Origin: Corallochytrium limacisporum Hawaii
Lineage: Eukaryota; Protista; Pluriformea
Assembly (NCBI GenBank): GCA_002811645.1
Contig: PDIP01000035.1
Span: 186,001-250,000 of the forward strand
Reading direction: 5' to 3'
DNA length: 64,000 nucleotides
This document shows positions 22,650-33,916 of this stretch, in pieces (positions within the stretch are counted from its first letter, which is position 1; every line of letters begins with the position of its first letter). Below the pieces are notes generated by a model. The model was not told the origin of the DNA. It saw only the letters and a list, made by a program, of their open reading frames with translations, and made no database searches. The translations under genes were made by a program, and so were the position numbers.

Positions 22650-23417
22650 CTGCGTGAGGGCACGGGGCTCTGGGTGCCGAGGAGATTGAGACCCACTCTC
22701 CCCCGGCCCGGTGAGACACACACAGAGTGAGCGAGCCGGCCCCTGAAAAAAGGGGAGGATCGATCAATAATACTGAATTACAATAAGTCCGGATATTTTA
22801 AATGCTTTCTCCTTTTTTTTTTCACATCGTATCGAATGTTTGCTGAGCAATTTCAGCGCTCGGGTCTGTGGAGGGGCCCGAAACAACTCTCAACCCTGGC
22901 CCCTTCGAATTTCCCCTGACGTTGAATTGAGAACGCCACACCCCTGGGTCGACGTCGGCTTCCCGGAGCCAGTTCGAGAATCGGGTGGCTATATACCTAT
23001 TGGTTACGTACCTAATACACTTTCTGGTGATCTCTAAGAGGTATCCGGAGAGGGTATGCGAGTTTGGAAGAACAAAGGGAGTGTCGGCCTGGATTGGGGA
23101 TGAATTTCTGCGGGCCATTTACTGCGGTTTCACCGCCGACAGAAGCGTGCGAAGGACACTTCGTTTTGTACGGGGTGATGGGTTTGTGACCCGTTGAAAT
23201 GCGCAGAGCACTCGCAAACACATGTCGTACAAGTCCCTAAGTATGTTTTCTTTAATTGTCACACCGTTGATTCTGAAGCTACTAAAGCATTATTAGGCCC
23301 AGAGAAGGTACACATTTCAAGAAAAGTGATTACTACGAAGCTCACAAAGGACTTAGTATTGGCGTGTGCTGCTTTAGAACTCATAGCAAATGGAATAGAA
23401 AATACAATCTGGGATCA

Positions 23418-24314
23418 ATGAAATTCGGTGTATTTGTAGCTGCAGCCCTGGTGGCATTGGCATCACGGGCTGGGGCAAGTCGTGATGGAGAGTTCATTCT
23501 CGGAGTCCAAGACTATACCTTGCACCGGTACTGTTTGGGATGGAAGGCGGACTCTATCGACCTCCGCAAAGGCGAATGCACAGATGAACAGACGATGACT
23601 TTCGTAAGGCAACCAGACCCTAGTACTGAGCAAACTGGGCAATTTTTTAGAATTATGGCAACAGAACAGAAAACGTGCCTGGGATATGACGTTCGGCGTG
23701 ATTTGGGTCTCAACCAAGACAGTATTGCAGTCATTGCCCTCCAGGAGTGTGACTATAACGATGACCGACAATTGTTCAGTGAGCAGTTGATCAGCGTCGA
23801 TCCCGCTGACAAGCGTTCCGGCTATCTCATTCGTAACCCGCCTTTGGTAAACGCTCGCTGTGTGGACATTAATGGCAACAGTGAACCTGCGTTCCGCACA
23901 GCTTTGCCCTTGCTGCTCTTTGAGTGCACTCAAGATGCCAACCAGGTGTTTACTCACATTGAACCGAACTGCTTCTCCTCTTGCAGCAAAACTTATGATC
24001 CTATATGTGGCAGTGATGGCAAATCGTACTATAATACTTGTGAGTTCTTCAATGCGCGCTGCTTTGATGCTGTGACTGGCGAGGTTACGATTGCAAGCAG
24101 TGGCCTCTGTCCTCAAGACTGCAACGTTGGGTGCGATGAGAGTGTGAACATGACCTGTGCCATGAACAGTGAGACAGGTAAACTCGAGGAGTTCTTGAAC
24201 CCTTGTTTACTAGACGCCCGTCGATGTGAGTTGGAAGGGCCGGATGGGGACGGCACTGTGTCAATGGAAGTGACAACTTGCCCACACGTTCCTCCAACGC
24301 GGATACAATCCTAA
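23418..24314 (+). CDS. Secreted ricin-B (R-type) lectin plus two Kazal-type domains
   Basis: Signal peptide MKFGVFVAAALVALASRAGA; three CL/CV...C...QxF repeats; CFSSCSKTYDPICGSDGKSYYNTCEFFNARC Kazal and a second divergent Kazal. Confidence 0.85.
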   Translation: MKFGVFVAAALVALASRAGASRDGEFILGVQDYTLHRYCLGWKADSIDLRKGECTDEQTMTFVRQPDPSTEQTGQFFRIMATEQKTCLGYDVRRDLGLNQDSIAVIALQECDYNDDRQLFSEQLISVDPADKRSGYLIRNPPLVNARCVDINGNSEPAFRTALPLLLFECTQDANQVFTHIEPNCFSSCSKTYDPICGSDGKSYYNTCEFFNARCFDAVTGEVTIASSGLCPQDCNVGCDESVNMTCAMNSETGKLEEFLNPCLLDARRCELEGPDGDGTVSMEVTTCPHVPPTRIQS

Positions 24315-24592
24315 GTCAAGTCACACAGCATATTAAACCATCTTACAAAAATTTTAACAGCATGAACCCATGTCTTTGGTATGGTGAAATTTTGTATATT
24401 CATTTGTGCTGTACTGATGTCACAATTTGTTCAAAAGCACGGTTTCGGCACGGCCGTTTGCGTGGAAGGAGGGTGTGAATTAGCAGTTAACACTACTAAA
24501 CAGAGGGGAATTTGCGTTTTCCTTCCTCATCAACGATGCAACCCACATCGCTTTCGAGAACTTCTTCCACCTCTTTTGTGTTCTCAATTCAT

Positions 24593-25723
24593 TCAGCTCT
24601 TCTTTAACGGTCCCAGGCCGAAAATGCCACGGTTGCCGTCCCGGCTTGCTGAGGCCTGGTTGGCTGCCGCCGGCTGTGTCGCATTTACAGCAGGTACTTT
24701 GCCAGCAGCTGCCTGTCCAGCCCGCCAATTCGACGATTGACCCTGCTGACCCTTTTCGTCAGCCTTCCCTTGTCCCTGGCCTGAGCCCTGTTGACCCTGC
24801 TGCAGCATGCTGGCAGCACTCTGTGCCTGCATCTGTTCGGCCTTGAGGACAGTCCAGTCAAAGATATAGTCGTAGCTGAACTTTTCCCTGCGGAACAAAT
24901 TGCGTAGCAAATGCCGCAGATACAAGTAGTCCGGCTTGTCATCGAAACGAAGACAACGGCAGTAGTTGAGGTATGTCACGAATTCAGGTGGGTGTCCTTT
25001 ACAGAGCTCTTCAGTCTCTGTAGAAATCTTCTTCTCACTGATCTTCTCGTACTTCTGCTTCTTTGTCGCCGCTTTCAGACCTTGCCAAGGTAGGCTACCC
25101 CGCAAGAAATACATCAAAACATAACCTAAACTCTCCAGATCATCGCGGCGGCCCTGTTCGATACCCAAATGGGTGTTAATCGATGCATAGCGAGCGGTAC
25201 CCGTTAGGTTCTTATTCTCACGGTAAGGAATGTGCTGGTGGGTTTTGGGCTCACGATAACGCTTCGCAAGGCCAAAGTCGATTATGTAGACCTGGTTCCC
25301 CTTTTTCCCAAGGCCCATAAGGAAGTTGTCCGGCTTGATGTCACGATGAATGAAATTCTTTGAGTGCACGTACTCGATCCGTGAAATCATTTGGTCTGCG
25401 AGCAACAAGACCGTCTTCAGCGTAAATTTCCTTCCGCAGAAACAGAAGAGGTCTTCCAAACTCGGACCCAGAAGATCTAAGACCATGACGTTGTAGTCAA
25501 CTTCTACGCCGAACCAGCGGACATGAGGAATTCCTGCGCCACCGGCCAAAATTCTGTAAAGCTTTGCCTCATACTGCAGTTGAGGATGCTTGGTGCGAAC
25601 GGGTTCGAGCTTGATGGCAACTTCTTCTCCGTTGCTCACATTTGTTCCCAGATAAATATCACCGAACGAACCGCTACCGATCTTGCGACCGAGCCGGTAT
25701 CTGCTACCTACGCGCAGTTCCAT
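24593..25723 (-). CDS. CSNK1D: Casein kinase I delta/epsilon
   Basis: [53 protein letters not shown]; delta versus epsilon cannot be separated. Confidence 0.97.
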   Translation of the reverse strand: MELRVGSRYRLGRKIGSGSFGDIYLGTNVSNGEEVAIKLEPVRTKHPQLQYEAKLYRILAGGAGIPHVRWFGVEVDYNVMVLDLLGPSLEDLFCFCGRKFTLKTVLLLADQMISRIEYVHSKNFIHRDIKPDNFLMGLGKKGNQVYIIDFGLAKRYREPKTHQHIPYRENKNLTGTARYASINTHLGIEQGRRDDLESLGYVLMYFLRGSLPWQGLKAATKKQKYEKISEKKISTETEELCKGHPPEFVTYLNYCRCLRFDDKPDYLYLRHLLRNLFRREKFSYDYIFDWTVLKAEQMQAQSAASMLQQGQQGSGQGQGKADEKGQQGQSSNWRAGQAAAGKVPAVNATQPAAANQASASRDGNRGIFGLGPLKKS

Positions 25724-27788
25724 GTTTATGAGAAATCGAGATTCGGGTCTGCAGCCAATACTCCCGTTAAGAAAGGCCCTTCATAGTTCCCTCTACTAGA
25801 CGCGTTCTTTGAAAGAGCTACTTGTCAAGCAATAATTATTTGCGCGAAAATATTTAGCTACTACCCAAATTCTGATGGATCAAGCTACACACCGTAAACA
25901 CTATGTAGGTATACATTGTTTTTTAATGATCACTTCAAATAGTATCATTCCTGACCGCGGCTGCACTCACAAAAAAAGGAAAACAACAACCCGCTGCTTA
26001 TCTGGAACTAAAACTTGACATCTTTAGTTTCCAACTGAGAATTGCCAGGGCCGACAGAAAATCAAAATGATTGCCAACATTATCACCATTTCTTGTGCTG
26101 CCCGTGTGCACGAAATCTAAAAGAAGTGATAAGGAGCGCTCGCAATGAAGCGCACTGACATCTTCATGGCCCTCCTTGCACAGAGAATTTCAGCCCCCCC
26201 CCCTTCCCTCCCTTTCACTCACATGCGCTCTTCCTTCTTCCTCCAGTTCACAACCAACCAACCCCCAACTATCAACCGCACACCAAACCGCCGCTTCGTA
26301 AGGCTGCGGAAGGGGACCAAAAGCCTCTCTGGCTATCTCTATCTCTTTGTCTGTGCGCGTTTGGGCGCCACAAGGATTTGGTGTCATCGGCCAGCACCGG
26401 GCCGAGGTAGCACCACTCACACACACACACATACACGGCGATGTCCTTCCCGGTCGCAGTGCTCATCATTTTCTCATTCATTTTCTGCATCACCTCACAA
26501 GGTAGTTAGTTGGCTGTGTGCTGGCACGGCCGAGCGCATCAAAAAAAAGCCCGAGTCGGGGAAATGGGGGGGGGGCCTTCCGCAGGGATCTGTTGCGCTC
26601 CTATGTTCCCATTGTTCTTTGTGGCTTGGACCGCTTTTCGCCGGAACCCGGTGGGGCACTCATTACGCTGCATCCTAGGTTTGTGCTTGGGATCTCAACT
26701 GAAATTGAAAAATTTGGGCGAGAGAACAGCAGGTGCGGCCATCTGTGTTGCCGGTTGCCTTCCTGTTGCTTTTTGGGTTTGAGAGTGAACTGGCATGGCG
26801 GTACCGCGACTGCCAACACTTCTTCCCCCACTTTCGGTGGAAAATTGGGAAAGGCAAAACAGAGAAAACACACGAAAAGGGCTTCCAGTGAACGGAGGAA
26901 CTACCAGTATCTGCGGTCTCAGGAGATATTTCAACCGTCGAGGGACTTACTCTGAACACAAAACGAACGGGAAAATGAGCCCGCAAATAGCAGCAGGGAA
27001 CCAAAAGAAAGGCATATAGGACTCCCCCTCATTTTTTTTTTTCTTCTGTGTATATTCTTTCCGACGCCACCATGAGCACCATTACTGTCGGAACGCGGCA
27101 ATGGAAAAAACGAAAACAGCCGCTTCGGACCATCCAGTCGGTTCCGCAAGCCTGTCCTTGGGGAGACTTCAGCCAGACGGCACCTGGTTTGCACATGCTT
27201 TTCGGGCATCTCAGCAGCCACACCAGTCCACAGGGCGTAGTATGGGACACTCAGCCAATCACAAAGCAAGGGCATGTTGAACCTAACAGATACGCGACCA
27301 CAGTGCAAATTGAACGGCGACTGCATCGGTGTCCTATATTACTCCGCGGTAAGCACAGCACTGTCGTTGAACGAGTGATGGTTGTGTGTCCCATACAGAT
27401 ATCTCCAGAATACCAATTGAAGCTGTCACAAAGCGATCAGGAGGAGGCAGCGTTGTTCGGGTCCGGGCTTTAAAACTGGCACAAGCATTTGTTTTATCCC
27501 AGCTAGGATCACGGAGCCAAAGATCGTTACAGAGGACTGAAGGACTTAGGGAAGTCAGTTTTTTCGGAGGGCGCGCAGAAGTAACCGAGGGGGCCTTGGA
27601 GAGGTGGGATGCGTAGGGACCGTATCGCCTTTCGAGGCTAATAATTGGCTATGAGAGACAGAGAACGGAGACACTCCCCCTGACGGGTGATCTTGTTAAC
27701 GCAGACTCTTATCGGCTCCCTAAGGCCATTGAGTCAGAAGCGCGGACTCGAATGTGGTCCACAACATAGTTGAACTTCATAAAGCAGG

Positions 27789-28715
27789 ATGCCTTCTGTC
27801 GTGGTCGCACAACTTGTCGAAGAGGGCAACCGGCATCCCGAGAAGGTGCCGAATCTTTTCCCACAGCTGCAAAAGGCTGTTCTCCACGGGCATTTAAGTC
27901 AATTCAGTTTTCAAGATCCTCAGACAGAATTAAATGAGCAAAGCCTACGGGGAAGAGTGTGGAAAATATTCCTTCGCGTATGGGACGTCAACGCGGAGGA
28001 ATACTTGCATTTTGTGCAGCTAGGATCCTCGCCTGTGTGGTCAAATATCAACAATGATGCAAAGAGGACGTTTAAAAACAACGAACAGTTTATGCAGCAG
28101 GTCGGAATAGAACGCCTCGAGCGGTTTCTTAATGCGTTTGCCCATTTTGCGGCTACTCCGGCATGGAACCACACTCACATTAGCTACTCACAGGGAATGA
28201 ACACTCTGGCGGGTGTTCTTCTCAGCGTTATGCCAGAACTTGACGCGTTCTACGCCATGGTGAACTTGGTACTGAAAGACACGCCGCGTTATCATATGAA
28301 AGCGGGTGACCCCGCACTGCCTGGAGCACACGACGGTGTGAAATTGGTGTCCGAGATTGTCCTCCGGGAAGACAAGGAGTTGGCAGACTATCTTAGTTTC
28401 AAGGGAGCTGACGCCAGCGTGTGGGCGTTTCCAGTCTTGCTGAGCTTCTTTGCTTCTGTTGAGCCGTTGACAGAGGTCATTCACTTGTGGGATTTCTTGA
28501 TCGCCTACGGCATGCATTTTGTTCCCGTCTGCGTGGTGGCCCATGTCATTGATCACAGATCATTGCTTCTGAAGGAGGACAAACCGTACAAACTTCTACG
28601 CACCATGCCACGCCTAAACGCAACACGGGTCATTCGAGGTGCTGTAGATATCGCCGGACGACTACCTCCTGAGCTCTACTCTCGACTGCATTCCCATCCC
28701 CGGCTCGATAGTTGA
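27789..28715 (+). CDS. BUB2: Bub2/Cdc16 TBC-domain GAP (mitotic exit / septation initiation network)
   Basis: INNDAKRTF (R finger), YSQGMN (Q finger), GAHDGVKL, PLTEVIHLWDFLIAYGMH, KLLRTMP match Bub2/Cdc16 along the whole length. Confidence 0.88.
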   Translation: MPSVVVAQLVEEGNRHPEKVPNLFPQLQKAVLHGHLSQFSFQDPQTELNEQSLRGRVWKIFLRVWDVNAEEYLHFVQLGSSPVWSNINNDAKRTFKNNEQFMQQVGIERLERFLNAFAHFAATPAWNHTHISYSQGMNTLAGVLLSVMPELDAFYAMVNLVLKDTPRYHMKAGDPALPGAHDGVKLVSEIVLREDKELADYLSFKGADASVWAFPVLLSFFASVEPLTEVIHLWDFLIAYGMHFVPVCVVAHVIDHRSLLLKEDKPYKLLRTMPRLNATRVIRGAVDIAGRLPPELYSRLHSHPRLDS

Positions 28716-28771
28716 AAGACTGAATATATGACTAGACTATATTATACAAAAGGGTATGTTGAATATCTTCC

Positions 28772-29170
28772 TTAGTCCTCCTCCCCCTTGTACTCAGGAA
28801 TGTCCTGGGTAGCCAGTTTAACGGGCACCAACGAAATTGTACCCCACACACCCTTCGTAACATAAGGGTCGTTCTGCATTGCTTCTTCGAACTCCTTGGT
28901 ATCACTAAAGTCATAGATGAGGAAGGAGCCCTCAGGCTTTCCTTCTTCGTTCAAGGTGGCTCCTCCCGTGACGAAATTTCCGCTGGCCTTATATTTAGAG
29001 ACGTGTTTCAGATGATCAGGGCGAACCTCTACCCGCTTTTCCAGTACATTGTCATGATCTCTTGCCAGAATGAGGTATTGTCCACGAGCACATGCAGACC
29101 TTGAGAAGGCGCGCACAAACCGCACGGAGCTATTCGCAGTTCTGGTGGAGATTCTGGACAACGGCATCAT
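28772..29170 (-). CDS. YciI-family protein with mitochondrial presequence
   Basis: YLILARD...RVEVRPDHL...GGATL...GSFLI...NDPYVTKGVW; R/S-rich N-terminus. Confidence 0.9.
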   Translation of the reverse strand: MMPLSRISTRTANSSVRFVRAFSRSACARGQYLILARDHDNVLEKRVEVRPDHLKHVSKYKASGNFVTGGATLNEEGKPEGSFLIYDFSDTKEFEEAMQNDPYVTKGVWGTISLVPVKLATQDIPEYKGEED

Positions 29171-29710
29171 TAGTAATGAAACGGGGTTGTAATCTTGTTG
29201 TCAAGTGTGGACTTTCGGGACGTTCACTGTGGCCGAATCGGTATGTGGGACCTGCACAATCACTCTCGCAAATAGCCACTACGGTACTTTCTGATGAATT
29301 CTTTTACTCACACGAAACCACAAACCCCAACAATAAATCAATAAATTATATTGATCATATTGTGAACTCGGGCCTCGGTTGCCAAGGGAGGGCCTGATAC
29401 ATTTACTACTGCACGCAATCCAGGCCCACGTCCCCTTTCCAGCTTTTCACAGGCTACGCATAGTGCGCAGCCAGTTTTGGGCTCCCACCCGTGCGCAAAG
29501 GTCCCGTCCCCGGGTGAAAACATGATCTGGCCCTTCCCGCAGTTTCCCGTGACGTTTGCTTGTCGTAACCGTGATTGTGTTCTTACAGGTATTCGTCGAA
29601 GGGAAAGCATCGACACTGATCCTTGAAATTGAATATCAATGTGGTCACCTGGGAGAAAAGTGCACAAGCATGCGAAGAAAGGTGGACGATTGGCACGAAT
29701 TCAAATCAGA

Positions 29711-30202
29711 ATGGCGCCGCCTTTGGCGGATGAACGGAATGCAGAGCTCGGTGTCCCTCTTTTGAAAACATTGCAGGATATGGACGCATAAAAACAGAGT
29801 CTGAAGAAGCAGCAACAGCAGCAGGAAAAGGAAATCGATAAGCGGGATACAGTAACAAGGACAATTCATGACGTGATAGACGAAACCGACTACACCACGA
29901 ATGGTCGACCTCAAGAGGAGCACATCCAATAACCTCGCACCACGACAGAGACGTCGGACTTAATCAAGGCAGTTTTTGATCAAGACGAGAATTACTTTAA
30001 TAATAGCGTTATCATGCAGTCTCCAATAGTCAGCGGTGGAGCAAAACCCGTTCCGTCCATTGGCATTCCACCCGAGGTACACGCAACCAGTACGATCATA
30101 AAGGCTCTCCGGTCTGCTACAATGGATCCCAATGAAATCAAGGCCAAGATGGCGGAGGGGAAAGAGACTCCTCCAGGATGTAGAATGACGGATGCACGCT
30201 GA
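29711..30202 (+). pseudogene. 163-codon frame interrupted by two in-frame TAA
   Basis: ATG 29711 to TGA 30202 in one frame, with TAA at 29789 and 29930 (QDMDA*KQSLKKQQQQQ; EEHIQ*PRTT). Confidence 0.45.
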
Positions 30203-32619
30203 CAAAGTAGAACGACAACCTTCTCGGGGATCCATCAATCACTTTTTGATCTAAATGTGCTCAGTCACGGTCACTGGTGGCACTTGTTCGCATCGGTCTG
30301 CGAGGCTTTGCACCGCAAAATTTCCTTGCCGTGTCCGTTGGATGCAAGGATGTTAAGTAGCGCGAAAGGGAACAGTTGGGCGAGCCTTGCGCGATATGGC
30401 CACAAAGGCCTGCGCATTGGGCACTGATAGCGGTCGAAATCTTTACCACATGGCTACGATGAGGACTCTTTGAGGAGAAATCGGAATCCGTAGTCCGTAG
30501 CACTCGGATCATAGACCGTCCTCAAGCAATACTACTAGAAAGCGATCAATGCAATTGGTAGTCTTTTGAGTTTGTAGCGATTTAGGATGCTATTTTAGTA
30601 ATGGACTATCAGGCACGCAATGAGAACACACAACACAGAAATATGGGTGTAGATTTAGAAGGGATCTCTAATGTCGGAAGAGTCATTGCTTGGCGTTAAT
30701 CCGAAATCAGGATGAGAACACTCAAACAGCAGAGCAGCTGACACAGGTCGCTGTCAGGGCTGTTCCGAAATCAAAGGGAAGAAGGAACAAGACCCTTGAA
30801 TGGGCTATGATGGCAGCTTCGACACCATGCCCGCAAAAGTATAAAAACTATGCAACCAAGGTGTTGGAAACCAGCCCTCCCGCTTGCAATACTTTGAGGA
30901 TGCTCTCGCTGGTCAATAGGCAACGCGGAGCATCACTCACCATTGGATCCTCTGTGACGAACAGCAATCGGTCGCAGGCCCGGAGTGATGATGCTGTTGA
31001 TGAACCAAAGCAGAGACGCGACTATGAGTGGGGCACGAGGCCACATAGTCGCAAGTTAGATCAGTCATCGCTAACCATAACTCCACGCCTGTCACCCACC
31101 TCTGGGTGGACTACAGGGAGTCACTGGCACACGGCAACATTCATCTATTTCCTGTAGCACCCTCACTACCACGGCACAGAGTGCCAACAGGCCCAGCGAT
31201 CCCCCGCGTTGGCGGTCCTCTTCTTCACGAGAAAGGCCCCTGCCAGTCCCTTCCCGCCGAGCCGGACCCGTCGGTTGGTCTCATCGGCGACCACCGTAGA
31301 GGCACACCCTCGGTGCCCGTCCCCTGAGTTACGTGGAGAGAGGAGGAAATAGGCATAAATACCCGCGCCCATTCTACGCGGCCTCGTGAGTTAAACGTTG
31401 CGGTGTTCCCGGTTTACGCCATGGGTCCGACACGTATATCATATCTCCACACTCACACACCCCACTCACACACACAGAGACCCAACAGAAGTGGGAGGCC
31501 CTGGGGCCAATAGACTAATTCCCCACAACCCACCACCACTTCACCGGCAATGCTTAAAACGGTGTGGTTACACACAGTGTTTGAATTTCTTTGGTCTCAA
31601 ATCTGCCGAGCCCGTCGAAAAAAAAAAAAGCTCCTTCGTCACCAAACTCGGCTTGCCCATCAACAAGCGAAGAAAAACATACGGCAAAGAACAAGGCAGA
31701 GAGACCCTCCCTCCCTCTCTCCCCTCCCTGGGGTTTTCTCGTTGGCAGGCAAGAAAAAAAAACCCGGGTTATCCACACCGTTTACTCCGCGCACACAAAT
31801 CAATACAAATGGAAGAGAGGGGGAAGGGGGAAGCCNNNNNNNNNNNNNNNNNNNNNNNNNNNNNNNNNNNNNNNNNNNNNNNNNNNNNNNNNNNNNNNNN
31901 NNNNNNNNNNNNNNNNNNNNNNNNNNNNNNNNNNNNNNNNNNNNNNNNNNNNNNNNNNNNNNNNNNNNNNNNNNNNNNNNNNNNNNNNNNNNNNNNNNNN
32001 NNNNNNNNNNNNNNNNNNNNNNNNNNNNNNNNNNGGGGGGAAGAAATTTTTTTCTTCTTTACCCTTTTTCCGCTTAATTTTTCGCCAACTCCAATTTGAC
32101 AGCACCTACGGGCCCCGTAAAAAGGAAACCCCGCGGGACTTCAATTTTTCTGTTTTGTTCCGTGTCGCCCTTATGTGCGCTTCTATCCCTACGCGGTACT
32201 GGCGATGGGCCGTACCGCAATGTTTAACTTACGGACGGAGGGGGGTATCCATAACAAATCTTCCTCTTTATGGTGGTGGTGGTTGGGGAGCTGTTCCTCC
32301 TAACACCCTTAATTCGGTAAGGAAGGCTCCCTCTTCGGTGCGCTGGTTTCCGGGGCTGGAGCCTGAGCCCCGCTTCCCCGTGGCACTGGTTTCGCTGGGG
32401 TTGGCAACGTTCGGTGGATTCAATTATCTTTCTGAGCACTCGACATCTTTCCAAACAGTCAAGTGTGTTAGGGCGGTCGAATTCTCAGGACATTCGGACA
32501 CTGCGTTTAAGATGGTACTTCAAGGGACCACAACTTGGTCTTGGGTTGGGCTGTAGAGTATATGTATATGCACATGAATGTGTGACATCGGTAAGAGAGT
32601 TTAAATACTGTAGAGAACG

Positions 32620-33198
32620 ATGGTGTGTGATCGCTGCAAGCAGCTTGAAAACGAGGTTGACGCTCTTCTGAAGGAACTGGGCAAAGAACCCAAGTTTGCA
32701 ACCATTGAAAAGCCTGAAAAGCCTGCTACTGAAGCACAGCCTGTGACGGAAGTGGTGGTGCCTGCCCCGGAGCCCAAGCCTGTCAAGGAGGACCCCCCTG
32801 TCGCTGAATCTGTTCCAGCGGTAGCCAAACAGGAAGAACCCAAGAAGGAGGCATCGCGCCCCATGGCCACTGGACTGCAATCTGCGGCCAGTGTTTTCGA
32901 GAACGGCGAAAAGAGCGAAAAGAGTGCGCCTGCACCAAAGCCGTCTTCCAACAGCGCCAAGAAGGGATGGCAGCCTCCGAAGCAGGAGAAATGCAATGTG
33001 TGTGAGAAGACCGTTTACCCCTTGGAGCGCATTGCCATCGATGACAGCGGATGCTACCACAAGACCTGCTTCAAATGCAATAAGTGCAACAAGACCCTTG
33101 GGGTGGGCGACTTTGCAGTGATGGGCAGCACTGTGCTGTGCAAACCGCACTACAAGCAGCAATTCCGTACTAAGGGTAAGTACGAAATTCAGGCCTGA
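32620..33198 (+). CDS. Single LIM-domain protein (LIMD2/EPLIN/MICAL-type LIM)
   Basis: CNVCEKTVYPLE...HKTCFKCNKCNKTL...CKPHYKQQFRTKGKY; P/E/K-rich N-terminus. Confidence 0.92.
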   Translation: MVCDRCKQLENEVDALLKELGKEPKFATIEKPEKPATEAQPVTEVVVPAPEPKPVKEDPPVAESVPAVAKQEEPKKEASRPMATGLQSAASVFENGEKSEKSAPAPKPSSNSAKKGWQPPKQEKCNVCEKTVYPLERIAIDDSGCYHKTCFKCNKCNKTLGVGDFAVMGSTVLCKPHYKQQFRTKGKYEIQA

Positions 33199-33514
33199 AG
33201 TTCCATGAATACCCTGTATACCACTTGCGGGCATCAACGCGCCCAAGACCCAATGCAAGGATCTCCGATTTTCGTATCTTGTGAATCCTTTCAATAGTGC
33301 CATTCTCTCATGGTTTATTTATTAAAAACACACGGACCCATATGTCCAGCTGCTCTATTACAATGCGGAGATAAATCCAGCACAAAAGACTTCCTACGGT
33401 GTATCACATGCAATCGATGCCTAAATCTCGTGCTTCGCCAAAAGGCCATCTTAGTGTTCCGCCTTCGTCAACTTGAGGTCCCTCTAGAAAGAGGACGTAG
33501 CGGGAAGGAAACCC

Positions 33515-33548
33515 GGTGGGGGGACCCCCTCCCCCCCGGGGGGGGGGC
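33515..33548. promoter_or_regulatory. C-run/G-run tract about 370 nt upstream of CCNC
   Basis: ggggggaccccctcccccccggggggggggg; this class of tract was seen only on the 5' side of genes. Confidence 0.45.
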
Positions 33549-33916
33549 ACTTTTATCGGGAGGGTCCAATTTCCTTCCTGTTTGCAAGAGGCCTGCGAGG
33601 CGTCCCCGCGAGCGCGATGCGCCAAAACACAAACATTACGGACGACCGAACGCACAAAACACAACACAGCTGGAGGAATGTTTCCTTTTCTTCATCTCAT
33701 ACCAACAGTTAGACAATTGTTCTGGCACAAACAAAGGTATGAAAATCGGGGAGAAATCTGGCAAGTAGGCTTGGGCAAAAAACCTCGGCAGTGTAGAATC
33801 AGCGGCGAAACTTTGCATGATAAAGAAGAAATATCAAGGGTGTCCCAGTCGCAGTTGTTATTTAGAGTAGACAGACGACAGGCAAATATGTAGTTTGCGT
33901 ACAAGGCTAGGAAACA

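Noticed and set aside
29711-30202. Genome-wide reassignment of TAA/TAG to Gln
   Set aside because: Conserved genes end at the expected place with TAA (GRB2, EMC6), TAG (CCNC) and TGA (XPO1, aldolase), and none has internal stops.
30690-31157. 155-aa ORF as a gene
   Set aside because: TTG start, no recognisable motif, and adjacent to a relic zone; not supportable.
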